A DNA stretch of 46,624 bases from Chiloscyllium plagiosum (lineage: Eukaryota), in the NCBI RefSeq assembly GCF_004010195.1, contig NC_057718.1, forward strand, positions 38,435,834-38,482,457, in the 5' to 3' direction. The notes beneath the pieces were generated by a model. It worked only from the letters and a program-made list of their open reading frames with translations. It did no database searches and was not told the DNA's origin. Positions within the stretch are counted from its first letter, which is position 1; every line of letters starts with the position of its first letter. Shown here piece after piece: positions 23,590 through 36,981 of this stretch. Position numbers and translations under genes: made by a program.

Positions 23590-24200
23590 TGAGAAGATTT
23601 ATAGCTCAAGTTGTAAGTTTGTTCGCTGAGCTGGCAAGTTTTCAGAGGTTTCCTCACCATGCTAGGTAACATCGTCTGTGAGCCTCCATTGAAGTGCTGG
23701 TGTTCTGTCCTGCTTTCTACTTGTGTGTCTTGGTCTGTTAAGGTGGGTGATATCATTTCCTGTTCTTCTCAGAGGTTGGTAAATGGGGTACAAATCGATG
23801 TGTTTATTGAAGAAGTTCCGGTTTGAATGCCAGGCCTCTAGGAATTCCTGCGCATGTCTCTGTTTAGCCTGTTCTATGATATTTGTGTTGTCCCAGTCGA
23901 AGTGGTGTCCTCCTTCATCTGTGTGTAAGGATACTTATATTAGCTGGTCATGTCTTTTGGTGGCTAGTTGGTGCTCGTTTATCTTGGTGGCTAGTTTTCT
24001 GCCTGTCTGTCCAATGTAGTGTTTGTTACAGTCCTTGTATTTTGTAAATGACATTTGATTTGCTGGTTGTTGGTACACGGTCCTTTAGGTTCATCAGTAG
24101 CTGTTTCAGTGTGTTGGTAGGTTTGAGCTATCCTAATGCCAAGAGGTTGGCGTAGTCTGATAGTCATCTCAAAGATGTCTTTGATGTATGGTGGTGTACA
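23590..24200 (-). mobile_element. Penelope-like element fragment with decayed hammerhead
   Basis: Colinear with 17810-18355; pLTR core on minus strand reads cagacgatgttacctagcatggtgaggaaacctc. Confidence 0.85.
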
Positions 24201-24544
24201 TCTTAGTGTAAATCTGCAAGCAAATTTACCAAAATTAAACAGATTCTAATAGAATTCATAAATCTTCATGCTTTTAGAATCACCTTGTTGCCCAAAATGA
24301 ATTGAGTGGCATGTGTAATGTTCTTCCTTTTGCCCTTTCAAATCTTTACTGATAATTCTTCCAAACTTTAATGTAGTATTACTTTTCAGCTGTATAGACA
24401 CTAAGACACAGGCTAGAATGAAAGTAGAATGAACTTAGTTTCGTGCTTGATGACAAAACTGGAGCATTTAGCAAAGCAATTCTTAATCCACATTTAGTTT
24501 TCCAAATGAATACATTACAGTAAGTATGTAATTTTGGAGAAAAG

Positions 24545-24690
24545 GTCTTGTGGCACAGTGGTGATGTCCCTGCCTCTGGGCCAGAAGGCGTGGGATCAAG
24601 CTCTGATGAATCATCTTGACTCAAAATGTTAGCTTGCTCTCCATGGATGTCTGACCCGCTGTGATTTCCATCATTTGTTGTTTTCAGTTC
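24545..24690 (+). mobile_element. tRNA-SINE head interrupted by one arm of the palindromic hammerhead element
   Basis: gtcttgtggcacagtggtgatgtccctgcctctgggccagaagg, then ctgatgaatcatcttgactcaaaatgttagc...tgacccgctgtgatttccatcattt. Confidence 0.5.
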
Positions 24691-25767
24691 GAGTTCAAGT
24701 CCTGTCTGCAATAGAGTTGTCATAACAAGTCTGAATTGGTTGATTAACTGTAAAATGGGAGGAAACAACAAGTAACCTAACATTTGTGCACATATTTTGA
24801 ACTCTGAATAATGATAAATTAATGGGTTGCACAACTCTTGATGCTGCATGAGGAAGTGAACCAGGAGTGTAATTCCTCCACCATGGCAGGTATGATCCAC
24901 AACGTCATTATCAGCACTGTAAGTGGGGCAAGGAATGCTCCATCTGGAACAGGATTAAACCCACTCTATTGGCACCCACTGTTCATATAAGTTCTCCATC
25001 TAACTAAACAACTAATGTCAAACAGTCCATGTGTGTCCCTACTCTAGTGAATTTGTTTCCACCTTGAATAATAATCAACTCCATTCGCATCTTCCAGAAA
25101 ACATTTTGTTCCTATGGGAACCTACATTTGAGAAAATTTGAGGAGGATGATTTTGGTGGAAAAGTGAAGGTAGAAACATTGGAAATAGGATGGATGTAGT
25201 CAAGAATTTGGACAATTGTGGTTGAGGGAAACTTTTTAGTGAGGCAAAAAGGATAAACCCGTGTGAAGAGTATAATCATGAATGGATACAATGGCACTAG
25301 GAAAACTCAGATAAAGGAATGGAGTCCTTACAAGAAATGGGAATGTAGCCAAAGTAATTGTGGGACTGTTAGGTTGTAAAGGATATGGTATCCTAGGACC
25401 AAGCAGCTGTTGCATTAATGATCTTCCCTCCATCATCAGTTCAGAAGATGGATGTTCACTGATGACTGCACAGTATTTTGAGCCATCGCCAATGCTGAAT
25501 TTCTTAATATCGAAATGTCAATGTTACCATTGATTAGAAATTAAACAAAACCAGTTGTATAAATAATATGGCTACATGAGTTCAGAGTTTAAGTATTCTG
25601 CAGCAAATAACTCAATTTTTGAACATCCAAAACTTGTTCACATTATATGTCAGATGTATGGTAAAATACTCACTATTTTTCTGGATAAGTGCAGTGCCAA
25701 CATCAGACAAGAGACTTGGTGACATCCAGAACAAAGCAAATCTTTTGACCCAACACCAGGACAAGGA

Positions 25768-27032
25768 CTGGTCATGGCATTAATCAACGCCAGCCTCCCC
25801 ACTACTCTTGACCGACTCCAATTTGCCTATGGGACCAACAGATCCACATCAGATGCCATATCACTTGCCCTTCACTCATCCCCAGAACATTTGACACCAC
25901 GAACAGCTACATAAGAATCCTACTCATTGACTACAGTTCAGCCTTCAACACTATTATCCCCTCAAGACTGATTACTAAACTTAGTGATCTTGGACCAAGG
26001 TCTACTCTCTGCTACTGGATCCTCAGTTTCCTGATTCACAGGCCACAATCAGGGGAGATTGGGGACAATATTTCATCTTCACGAACACTCAACACTGGAG
26101 TGACCCAGGGGTGTGTACTCAATCCCCTACTGTACTCACTGTATACCCATGACTGCGTTGCCAAATACCAGACTAATGCCACTTACTAGTTCGCAGATGA
26201 CGCCACCGTAGTCAGTCGAAACTCAGATGGCAACGAAACAAGACTACAGATGGGAGGTGGAAGACCTGGAAAAACGGTGCACTGAGAACAACCTGGCTCT
26301 CAATGCCAGCAAAACTAAGGAACTCATTATTGACCAAGGGCAGGATGTAACTCATGCCCCCCTATACATTAATAGCACAGCGGGGGAAGTGAGTGGAGAG
26401 TGTCAAGCTCCTGGGAGTAGTCATCCACAACAAACTGTCTTAGACTCTTAATGTAGACGCATTGGTTCCAAAGGCCCAACAAAGTCTCTTCTTCCTCAGG
26501 CAGCTGAGGAAATTCGGCATGACGGAGAACACGTTTGCCAACTTTTATAGGTGTGCCATCGAGAACATTCTGTCTGAATGTATCACTACCTCGTATGGCA
26601 ACTGTACCATTAAAGATCGGAGACAGTTACAGAGAGTGGTGAACTCGGCCTGGTCGATCACAAAGGCCAACCTCTCATCTATAGAATCCATCTACCAGGC
26701 CTGCTGTCAAGGAAAGGCCACCAACATTCACAAAGATCCATCCCACCCTGCTAATGTTTTTCTACAACCTCTACCATTGGGGAGAAGATACAGAAGCCTG
26801 AAAACACATACCAGCCGGTTTTGAAACAATTTCTACCCTACTGTTGTTAGAATACTGAATGGATTCTCAAACTCTTAACATTTGCCTGTACCTGTGTTTT
26901 TGTTTTTGCTGCTGTTTACCTATTATTTACTTACCTCTGCTACTTAACTCTGTGATCTGCCTGTATTGCTCGCAAAGCTTTTCATTGTGCCTCAGTACAT
27001 GTGACAATAAATTCAATTCAAATTCAAATTCA
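25768..27032 (+). mobile_element. Rex1/Babar non-LTR retrotransposon, 5'-truncated RT
   Basis: [79 protein letters not shown]; tail gacaataaa(ttcaa)n. Confidence 0.9.
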
Positions 27033-27307
27033 AGTGGCACCTGGGAGTAATATCTACAAGATGGTTGGCTGCAACTTGACAAGACTTCTCTGAAAGCATC
27101 CTCCAAATCTGTGACTGTTACCATCTAGAATTATAGGGGCAACAGATGTATGGGAACACCACAACCTGTAAGTTCCCCTTCTAAGACCCAAATTTCTGAC
27201 TTTGAATGATATTGTTATTCCTCCACTATTGCTGGTTTAAAAATCTGGAACTTTCAATGGTGCTTTAGATGTACAAAGACCACATGGATTGCAGTGATAC
27301 ATGAAGT

Positions 27308-28305
27308 TAGAACATAGAATACCACAGCTCAAGACAGGAACAGGCCCTTTAGAATGCTGGTATTTGCTGCACATGGTCTGTATCAATAGAATGCGTTTGG
27401 CCCATATCGACTCTCCAAAAAGCATCCCACTCCCCTTACCCTATATTTCCCATGGCTAATCCACCTAGCTTGTACAGCCTGGGACACTATGGGCAATTTA
27501 GCATAGCCAATCCACGTAATCTGCACATCTTTGGACTGTGGGAGGAAACCCACGAGACACAGGGAGAATGTGCAAACTCCACAAAGCCATCCAGGGGTGA
27601 AATCAAGCCCAAGGCCTGAGGTGCTGTGAGGCAGCAGTGCTAACCATGTACCACCCCTTTTCTCTGCCTGTTCATGTGTCTGTCTAAATGCCCCTTAAAT
27701 GTTGCTTCTATCACGTTCCCTGGCAGTGTGTTCCAGACACATACCACCTGTGTATAAAAAAGTTGCCTCACACATCTCCTTTAAACAGTCCCCATTTCTC
27801 ATTAAACCTATGCCCCTTAGTATTTGACGTTTCCTGTCTGGGAGAAAAGAGTTCAACTGTCCATCCTATCCTTGCCTCTCATCATTTTATATGCTTCTAT
27901 CAGGTCGCCCCTCAGCCTCCAACACTCTAGCAAAAACAATCCAAGTTTGTCCAACCTTTCCTTAATGTTAATACATTCCAATCCAGACAACATTCCAGTA
28001 AACCTCTTTTATACCATCTCCAAAACCTCAGAGCTGCACACAATACTCCAAATGTGACCTAAATAAAGTTTTATCCAGCTGCAATATGATTTGCCAACCT
28101 TTATGCTTGATACCCTGGCTGATGAAGGCAAACATGCTATACGCTTGTGCTATATGTTTTAATCACTTTATTCACATGTGTTGGCACTTTCAGGGAGATA
28201 TGGACCGGCACCCCAAGATTCCTCTGTATATCAATGCTCCTAATGTTTCTGCTATGTACTGTGTACTCTCCTATTACGTTTAACCTCCCAAAATGCATCA
28301 CCAAC
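27308..28305 (-). mobile_element. CR1 3' fragment with a nested HE1-like SINE (~27385-27657, minus)
   Basis: agaacatagaa..acaggaacaggccc tail; gctgcacacaatactccaaatgtgacc (rc of RPHLEYCVQ-like); SINE gggcaatttagcatagccaatccac...gtgaggcagcagtgctaacc. Confidence 0.85.
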
Positions 28306-28672
28306 GTAAGTTCAACTAGGGACATGTTGTGTTAACTAGGCCAGTGATGCTCACATTCCACAATGTGATTTTTTTAAAATTATGGGTAAAACACTCTTAG
28401 CCAAATAACAAAAAAATCTCTAAATTGAAGAATCCAAGGTGAGGCAAATAGTGGGTGGAAATTGGAAGCATAGTCAAATACTAAAGGTCAAGGTTGCAAC
28501 AGAAAGCAGCAGTAACACTGTCTTCAGTGAAACGAAGAAAGAGTTTGAGAAGCGAATCTAATTAATATGATACGTTGAGTGGTTTATTAAGAAAATTAAA
28601 AGATTAGCTTTATGCACTCTGTACAGGTAGAAACAATGTGAAGAAATGTGTTCAAACAGATCAATTTTTGGA

Positions 28673-28707
28673 GAGGCAATGGCCTATTAGTATCGCTGGA
28701 CTGTTAA
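28673..28707 (+). mobile_element. 5' head (A box) of a tRNA SINE whose body lies at 36031-36323
   Basis: gaggcaatggcctattagtatcgctggactgttaa; no B box follows locally. Confidence 0.5.
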
Positions 28708-28730
28708 GCCTTGGTACCATAAAAGCCATT

Positions 28731-28880
28731 GAGTCATAGAGATGTTCGGCACAGAAACAGATGCTTTGGTCCAACCCATCCACACCGACCAGACATCCCA
28801 ACCCAATCTAGTCCCACCTGCCAGCACCTGGCCCATATCCCTCCAAATTCTTCCTATTCATATACCCCCATCCAGATGCC
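28731..28880 (-). mobile_element. CR1 3' UTR/tail, same subfamily as 11327-14957
   Basis: Reverse complement of ~14820-14957; also matches 45700-45856. Confidence 0.88.
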
Positions 28881-31800
28881 TTTTTTTGAAAAGGAGAAAA
28901 ATATTTTTGAGTTTTTTGTTACAAAATAACAAAATTAGTACAAAATAGTGTATCCACTTTGCAGTATAATAACAATACCAACATAAAAATAAGAAAACGA
29001 ACTACTAATCTACACTACAAACTACTGAAACACAAAATAAGATATAAGAAAGAAAACTCTATATATAAAAAAAGACCACAGTGTCATACATTACTGACAA
29101 CAAAAAAGGTAAATAAATAAATACACATTCAAAATAAAATTATATCAAGTCAGTACAAAACCCGTATTTGTACGGAATTCTTCCTCCCAGGGGCCTCCAA
29201 ACCGACAAACATCATCCTCACGGCTAAGCAAAGGCCCTAGACAGTATGGCTGATACATCTGCATCGGTGTAGTTCAAGAAGGGCCACCTTGTTCTGTAAA
29301 ATAATTCAGTTTTTTGGTGTACCATATTCGTAAGGAAGTCCATGGGAATATACTCCATAACTATCCTATGCCAATTTGTAAATCCCGGGGGACTTTCCGA
29401 TACCCAACTTACTAAAATATTTTTCCTCGCACAAAAGGAAAGGATAGTAAATAGTTTCTTCCCGTATGCATCTAGAGAAGGAAAATTTGGAATGCCCAAA
29501 AGGAGACACACAGGGTCCAACCCAATCTCCGTTCCCCAAATCCTTGCCAAGGCATTCGCTACGCTATCCCAATAGCTATGAATCTTATGGCATATCCACA
29601 GACAATGAGTGAAAGTACCAACTTCTTTTGACATTTGGGGCACATTGGGGATGCTACTACCTTGAACTTTGCAAGCCTCTTGGGTGCCATATGAGCCATA
29701 TAAAGTATCTTCAATTGAGTTCTATTATAGATAGAGATCCGCCTAGCATTTTCCCAGATATCCTCCCACATCTCTAAGGAGATTTCCATCCCTAATTCTG
29801 GATTCAAGGTTTTATATAACCGTTCCATGTCCTTCGATACCTTATTTCCTAGTGGTAGAGAGCACTAACCGTGGATGCATCCATCGGCTGAAGCACTGTC
29901 CTTTCCATATCTGATTTATATGGATTAGTCATCAGTGTGTTTTTTTTGTATGAAATCTCACACTTGAAAATATCGAAAAAGGTCTTTGCTAGGCAACCCG
30001 AACTTCTAACGCAAGTGTTCGAAGGACATCATGACCTCCCCATCAAACAGATCTCCCAAACAGGAGATGCCTCTGGACTCCCAAATTTTAAATCCAGCGG
30101 CAGCCTGGCTGAAATCCCAATGTTCCCACTATAGTAGAAGGGGAGGTTTTTTTGTGAATTACCCTCATCCTATCACATCATCCTCCAAGCTTTGATTGTA
30201 TTTAATACAATTGGGTTTTTACAATGATCCATAATAACTCTCATCTTATCCATAAATAATAGATTGATGAGGGGACATTTTGCTTGGGAAGCCTCAATAT
30301 CCAACCAAATTGATTGTGGGTCACAAGAAAATCTAGACCTCCCCTTACTTGTGGAGCTGCAACTTATCTAATTTAATAAGGGGGCGTCTATGATTCCAAA
30401 TTAAGGAGCCAAGCCAATCATAATGCTTACGCAGCGCCTGTCTCAGCAACATCAAAGGAAGCATTCACATGGGGTATAATAGGTGAGGGAGAATATTCAT
30501 CTTGACCAAAGCTATTCTTCCCAACCAGGATATCGGGAGATCTTCCCAGCGTTGGATGTCCTGCCTTATTTTCTCTAATAAAGCATATAATTAGCTTTAT
30601 ATAGCTGACCAAATACCGGGGTAATAAAAATATCTAAATGGAGAAACCCTCCCAGTGACCACCCAAAAGGGGAAACGGGATCTATCCGGAAAGTTGGATA
30701 TGCTGGTAAGACCTCCTAGTGGAATGGCCTCTGATTTCCTAAAGTTAATTTTGTAACCTGAGAACATACCAAATAAGTTAACCACTTGAATTAAGTGGGG
30801 CACAGATATTGATGGGTCATTTACGAAAAGGAGGACGTCATCCACATAAAGAGTGATTTTGTGCTTACCCGATCCTACCTCCGGGACCGTTATATTAGGG
30901 TTAGTTCGGATAGCTTCCGCCAGAGGCTCAATCACGAGTGTAAATAGTAATGGTGAGAGAGGGCATCCTTGACGACAACTTCTGCCAACACTAAAGCTAT
31001 CCAATCTTATGCCGTTGGTAATTACCGCTGCTTTAGGGTCATTATATAGTACTGCGACCCACTTGGTAAAGATTTCTCCAATGCCAAACCGTTCCATAGT
31101 ATAAAAAATATATGGCCATTGAGAGTGGGAGTAGGCAGCGCAGGATGGATGGTGGTGAGAGTGGGAGTCGGCAGCCCGAGGTGGATGGTGTTGAGAGTGA
31201 GAGTAGGCAGTGTGGGGTAGATGGCGGTGAGAGTGGGAGTAGGCAGCCAGGGTGAATGGCGGTGAGAGTGGGAGTAGGCAGCCTGGGATGGATGGTGGTG
31301 AGAGTGGGATTATGGCAGTATTGGTGGATGGCGGTGAGTGTGAGAGTAGGCAGTGTGGGTGGATGGCGGTGAGAGTGGAAGTCGGGAGCCCGGAGTGGAT
31401 GGTGTTGTAGAGTGGGAGTAGGCAGTGCTGGGTAGATGGTGGTGAGAGTGGGAGTAGGCAGTGTGGGGTGGATGGGGGTGAGGGTGGGTGTAGAAATCCT
31501 GGGATGGATGGTTGTGAGAGTGTGAGTAGGCAGCCCGGGGTGGATGGTGGTGAGAGTGGGAGTAGGCAGCCAGAGGTGGATGGTGGTGAGAGTGGGAGTT
31601 GGCAGCCCGGGGTGGATGGTGGTGCAAGTGGGAGCAGGCAGCCCGGGGTGCAGATTGAATGCCTTCTCTGCATCTCTGGAGATGACTAATCCTGGTATTG
31701 CTCCCTGCTGGCAGACTTGTACCATATTTAACACTCTTCTGATATTATTAGTAGATCTGCAACCCTTAATAAACCCCGTCTGATTCTCTTTTATAATAAA

Positions 31801-34620
31801 TGGTAACACCCTCTCCAGTCTTAATGCCAGCATTTTTGAGAGAATTTTAAAATCCACATTCAATAAGGATATAGGTCTATACAAAGTACAGTCATCTGGG
31901 GCTTTTCCTTTCTTAAGAATGAAAAAGATATTTGCTTCTCTCAGGGAGAGCAGGAGGCTACCTTGACTATACGAATAGTTATACATATCTATAAGTGGTC
32001 TGGCCAATTTGTCTATAACTTCTTTATAGAACTCAGCTTGAAATCCATCTGGTCCAGGCGCTTTACCACTCTGGAGCTGCCTCATCGCCTCCTGGACTTC
32101 CTGGGTTGTCGGGGGCATTCAAAAGTGACACCTGCTCCAAGGTTAAGTCCGAGAGGGCCAGATTTTTTTAAAAAAAGACTCCATCGTCCTCGCTCTATCC
32201 TCACAGCCCTCTGACGTATACAACTCAAAGTAGAATGTTCTAAAGGCTGCATTGATCTTTTTTAGGACCACAAGTCAAGGTACCAGCACTTTCCCTAATA
32301 GACGTAATGGATTGGGGAGCCTTTTTCTTTCTGGCAAGGTATGCTAGATACCTGCTCGGCTTATCACCGTGCTCAAATAATCTCTGCTTTGCAAACAGTA
32401 TCTCCCTCTTTGCTGTTTGAGTAAGTATGGTATTCAAAGTAGCCCCGAGGGCTGTAATCCGCTGTAATTTAGTAATGGACGGCCTGTCAACATACGCTAT
32501 CTCAGCTGCCTTAAGGCGACCCTTAAGCAGACGCTGTTGTTCTCCCTTTTGTCTTTTCCAGGTTGCAGAATATGAGATAACCAAGCCACACGCATATGCC
32601 TTAGCAGTCTCCCACATCACTGATGGGTTGCTGGCCATACCTGAATTCATACCCCAGAACTTTTTGAATTCCTGCAAGAAATATTCTATGAACTTACTAT
32701 CCTTCAATACGAAAGGGTCCATAGGCCAATGTTGGAACCCATCTTGTCATCACTAGTCTTGACCTCCATATACACTGCTGTGTGATCGGAAGTAGTTATA
32801 TTCCCTATTTTACAAGACAATATCGAATTCAGGAAGGTCTAGGGGACAAAAAAGATGTCGATTCTGATATGACACTTGTGTGGGCTAGAATAAAATGTAA
32901 AATCTCTACCCTTAGGGTGAAGACACCTCCACACATCTGCCAGTCCCAGCCAACTGCCTAGATCTCAGAGATATACCCACAGAGCTCCTAGGTATCCTGT
33001 CCACCTTGGAATCGATAATACAATTAAAATTTCCCCTATAATTATGTGACACACCCCGAGCGCCATCAGCTTTGACAGCGCATCTGTTAGGAATTTAAAA
33101 GGATGTGCTGGTGGGGGGGGCAATATACTTTCAAAATCCCGTACTCTTCTCCATATATTAGAGCTTTAAGTAGTATATACCATCCGGACTCATCTTTTAT
33201 CTGGCTTAGCATTTGAAATGGAAGATTCTTTCAGATAAGAATGGCCACTCCCCTACTTTTTGAATTGAAAGATGAAAAGAACACCTGACCAAATCTTTCC
33301 TGCTGCAGCTTCGAATGCACCTTATCAATTAGATGTGTCTCCTGTAAAAGGGTTGCATCAACCCTCGCTTTTTTAAGACTTGATAGTATCTTTTTCCTTT
33401 TAATTGGCGAGTGGCTCCTCTTGACATTCCAGGTGCACCATTTAAGTGAAAGACTAGCCATGATCATTCAAGAAAATCTGAGACCCCCTGGAAGAAGAAC
33501 CCCACTCAAAAAGCATTGAGTAGAGAACATAAACAATTCACATAAATTTAAAAATACAACCTTTAAAACAACTAAATCAAAACAACTAAGAACTACTCCT
33601 AAAAAAACATAAGACATAATTCAAAAGAGACTTTCCCCCTTGTCTATAGAGGGCACTTCTACCTTCCAGTAATCCCACCATAGTACCTCCCAGCTAGAGC
33701 CATGCCCTTGGCCCAGACATTATGAAGTCAAATAAACAAATGCCAATGTCTTATAATACAAAAGTTAGAAGAGAACAACCAACCTGCCCCTTCATATTAT
33801 TACCTAGGCAGTCTGAACAAGACAGCAACATAAAATAGAATATAAAAAATTACGATCCCAGCAAATATTGAGGAAAAAAAAGACCCAGAAACATTTCTCA
33901 ACAACTGGATAAACCAAACAAATTCAGATAAGAGTTAAAAGAAAGAACGAACCCCCTCAAGGAAGGATGGAAAAGAGAAAGGGGGAGTGAGGAGGTGAAA
34001 AAATAGGGAGTAAAATAAAGTCATTGTTCATATAGTTCAAGTCCATCAGTCCATTTGAGAGCATCCAAAGATTCTTTTACTTTTTCCGGCGATCTGAAGT
34101 TATGCACAGACCCTCCATGAATATTTAAGTCCCTCAGACGCTGCTTTACCTTGTCAAATGCCTTCCTCTTGCATACAACAATCAGAGAAAAGTCCTGAAA
34201 CAGCGTTATTTTGGATCACTTGTATACCATGGCTTAGAGATCCTTCCCCAAACTCTGGAGGCCTCCAGCAACATTTGGTTTTCCCTGTAGTGCTGGAGTC
34301 ACACTAGAACCGGGCAGGGGCACTGGTCTGACTGGGGCCTGAGAACAGCAATCCGGTGGGCCCACTCAACCTACACCCGGCCTAATTCAGACTCCAGCTT
34401 CAGTAGGTTTTGGGAGCCATTTCTCCAAAAAGTCATCAAGCTGGTCTTCCTCCTCCTGTTTGAGAAGGCCCAGCAACTGAATATTTTTCCATCGACCTCG
34501 ATTTTCGAGGTCGTTGATATGCTTTTCTAAGGCCCGGACTCGATGTTCCAGAGCCCAGATCTGACCCACAGATGACTCGGCAGCAATCTCGGAGGCCGTG
34601 GCTCATTGCTCCGCCCCCCC
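28881..34620 (-). mobile_element. L1-clade LINE, 5'-truncated in ORF1, disrupted ORF2 (EN, RT, CCHC), 3' UTR and poly(A)
   Basis: ORF1 DLENRGR.KNI.LLGL; EN TWNVK..SPIKRKKI..LQETHL; RT KAPGPDGF, YRPISLLNVDFKILSK, DAEKAF, RQGCPLSPLLF, YVDD, SGYKIN; C-terminal CPKC...H..W.C; T-run at 28881. Confidence 0.93.
31121..31651. repeat. Minisatellite (VNTR), 36-bp unit, about 15 diverged copies, inside the L1 RT
   Basis: Unit gagagtgggagtaggcagcccggggtggatggtggt; gives 12-aa periodic translations (PSTPGCLLPLSP, TTIHPGLPTPTL). Confidence 0.95.
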
Positions 34621-34631
34621 AACACACTGCA

Positions 34632-36024
34632 TATTCCTGGAAATACATCCAGGGAAGTTATTTGGGTGTAACTGAGAAATAAGAAAGGGATGATCACCTA
34701 TTGGGATTGTATTATAGACCTCCTAACAGTCAGAGGGAAATTCAGAAACAAACTTGTAAGGAGATCTCAGCTATCTGTAAGAATAATAGGGTAGTTATGG
34801 TGGGGATTTTAATTTTCCGAACATAGACTGGAACTGCCACAGTGTTAAGGGTTTAGATGGAGAGGAATTTGTTAAATGTGTACCAGAAAATTTTCTGATT
34901 CAGTATGTGGATGTACCGATGAGGGAAGGTGCAAAACTTGACCTACTCTTGGGAAATAAGGTGACTGAGATGTCAGTGGGGGACCACTTTGGGGCCAGCG
35001 ACCATAATTCTGTCAGGTATAGACAGGATAGATCGAGTGAATCCTTAGAAGAGTATAAAGGCAGTAGGAGTATACTTAAGAGGGAAATCAGGAGGGCAAA
35101 AAAGGGACATGATGTAGCTTTGGCAAATAGAATTAAGGAGAATCCAAAGGGTTTTTACAAATACATTAAGGACAAAAGGGTAACTAGGGAGAGAATAGGA
35201 CCCTCAAAGATCAGCAAGGCGGCCTTTGTGTGGAGCCACAGAAAATGGGGAAGATACTAAATGAGTATTTTGCATCAGTGGAAAAGGATATGGAAGATGT
35301 AGACTGGGAAATAGATGGTGACACCTTGCAAAATGTCCATATTACAGAGGAGGGAGTGCTGGATGTCTTGAAACGCATAAAGGTGGATAAATCCCCAGGA
35401 CCTGATCAGGTGTACCCTAGAACTCTGTGGGACACTACAGAGGTGATTGCTGGGCCTCTGCTGAGAATTTGTATCATCAATAGTAACACTTGAGGTACCG
35501 GAAGATAGGAGGTTGGCTAACGTGGTGCCACTGTTTAAGAAGGGTGGTAAGGACAAGCCAGGGAACTATAGACCAGTGAACCTGACATCGGGGGTGGGCA
35601 AGTTGTTGGAGGGAATCCTGAGGGACAGGATGTAAATGTATTTGGAAAGGCAAGGACTGATTAGAGATAGTCAACGTGGCTTTGTGCATGGGAAATCATG
35701 TCTCACAAACTTGATTGAATTTTTTGAAGATGTAACAAAGGGGATTGATGAGGGCAGAGCTGTAGATGTGATCTATATGGGCTTCAGTAAGGCGTTCATC
35801 AAGGTTCCCCATGAGAGACTGATTAGCAAGGTTAGATCTCATGGAATACAGGGAGAACTAGCCATTTGGATACAGAACTGACTCAAAGGTAGAAGACAGA
35901 GTGTGGTGATGGAGGATTGTTTTTCAGACTGGAGGCCTGTGACCAGTGGAGTGCCTCAAGGACCAGTGCTGGGTCCACTATTTTTAGTCATTTATATAAA
36001 TGATTTGGATGTGAGCATAAGAGG
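34632..36024 (+). mobile_element. CR1 ORF2 internal fragment (EN to RT) with an internal deletion
   Basis: Closely colinear with ~12415-14076; jumps from accataattct directly to gtcaggtatagacagg near 35011. Confidence 0.92.
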
Positions 36025-36030
36025 TTTCAG

Positions 36031-36323
36031 CTGGCTTCGAATCCCGCCATGGAAGAGGGTAGAGTTTGAATTCTTTAATAAATCTGCACTTAAGAGTCTA
36101 ATAATGACCATGAATCCATTGTCGATTGTTGGAAAACCCTATCTAGCTTACTAATGCCTTTTATGGAAGCAAATTGTCATCCTTACCTGATCTGGCCTAC
36201 ATGTGACTCTAAACCCACAGTAATATGGTTGCTTCTTTAGTAATTATTCCAATTATGGATGGACAATGAATGCTGGCCTTGTCAGCAATGGTCTCATCCA
36301 TGAATGAATAATAAAAAAAAAAA
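36031..36323 (+). mobile_element. tRNA SINE body (B box to tail) sharing its 3' end with the second LINE family
   Basis: gcttcgaatcccgcc B box; tail aatgctggccttgtcagcaatg..catccatgaatgaataataaaaaaaa resembles the rc of 8620-8680. Confidence 0.75.
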
Positions 36324-36981
36324 ATCCTGTTCAGTTCTACTTTCTTCCTCAGATAGCATGGTCAGGATTTCACAAATTACCTTGCAATGTGTGAACACAA
36401 GGGAAAGAACAGTTCACGGATCCTTTAGTGACAGTAATGCCATTGCATCAGGTCAGTCTGTCTTGATGTTAGCAATGAAGAAAAATGCGGACATTGGGGG
36501 TCAGTTTTTAATGATTTTGTTTTAAAAAGTGAGGTTAAATTGTCGAACAAAACAATGAGATATTTATTGTGATCTGAGATATTTGTGGACTGGAGAGACA
36601 GCTGCAATGGACTTACATTGTTCTAAATGTTTACATTCAAAAATAAAGTAACCTCTATCGGATAAATGAACAGGTGGGTTGGAATGAGTTATGAATTGTA
36701 ACACTATCTCCTAGTTCAAATGACAATCCACTTAAGTTTTGGCATTATGTCATCCAACTCCCTTGATTATATTACAATTTTATTTTGTGCTTCAATCTAG
36801 CATTTGCCTTGTACTTCCTGAGATTTCTTTATATTGGCAGAAAATACTTTTATTGCAATGCCCAATTCAAACAGTGAAAATAAACATATTAGTTGCTAAC
36901 TGCTTCAGGAACTTTTATCCAAATGAAGCATCATAAATATAAATGGCCCAGAAACTTGCAGCAAAGAGAATGATTGCATTA

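Larger units (their letters stand above)
25390..28380 (+). mobile_element. Second-family LINE 3' part in three pieces (~25390-25745, ~27033-27305, ~28306-28380), split by Rex1 and CR1
   Basis: attaatgatcttccctccatcatcag...gatgttcactgatgactgc (INDLPSII...F.DDC); later pieces are homologous to the rc of 8620-9216. Confidence 0.6.

Noticed and set aside
24379..24900. 173-aa minus-strand ORF
   Set aside because: It crosses a SINE head and a palindromic-element arm and has no recognisable motif; likely a chance ORF
31121..31651. CRISPR-like array
   Set aside because: Units are head-to-tail with no unique spacers, there are no cas genes, and the context is eukaryotic
30597..32118. Two overlapping 358-aa ORFs as novel RT-fusion proteins
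   Set aside because: They are halves of a broken L1 RT read through a stop-free 36-bp VNTR; the rest of ORF2 has many frameshifts
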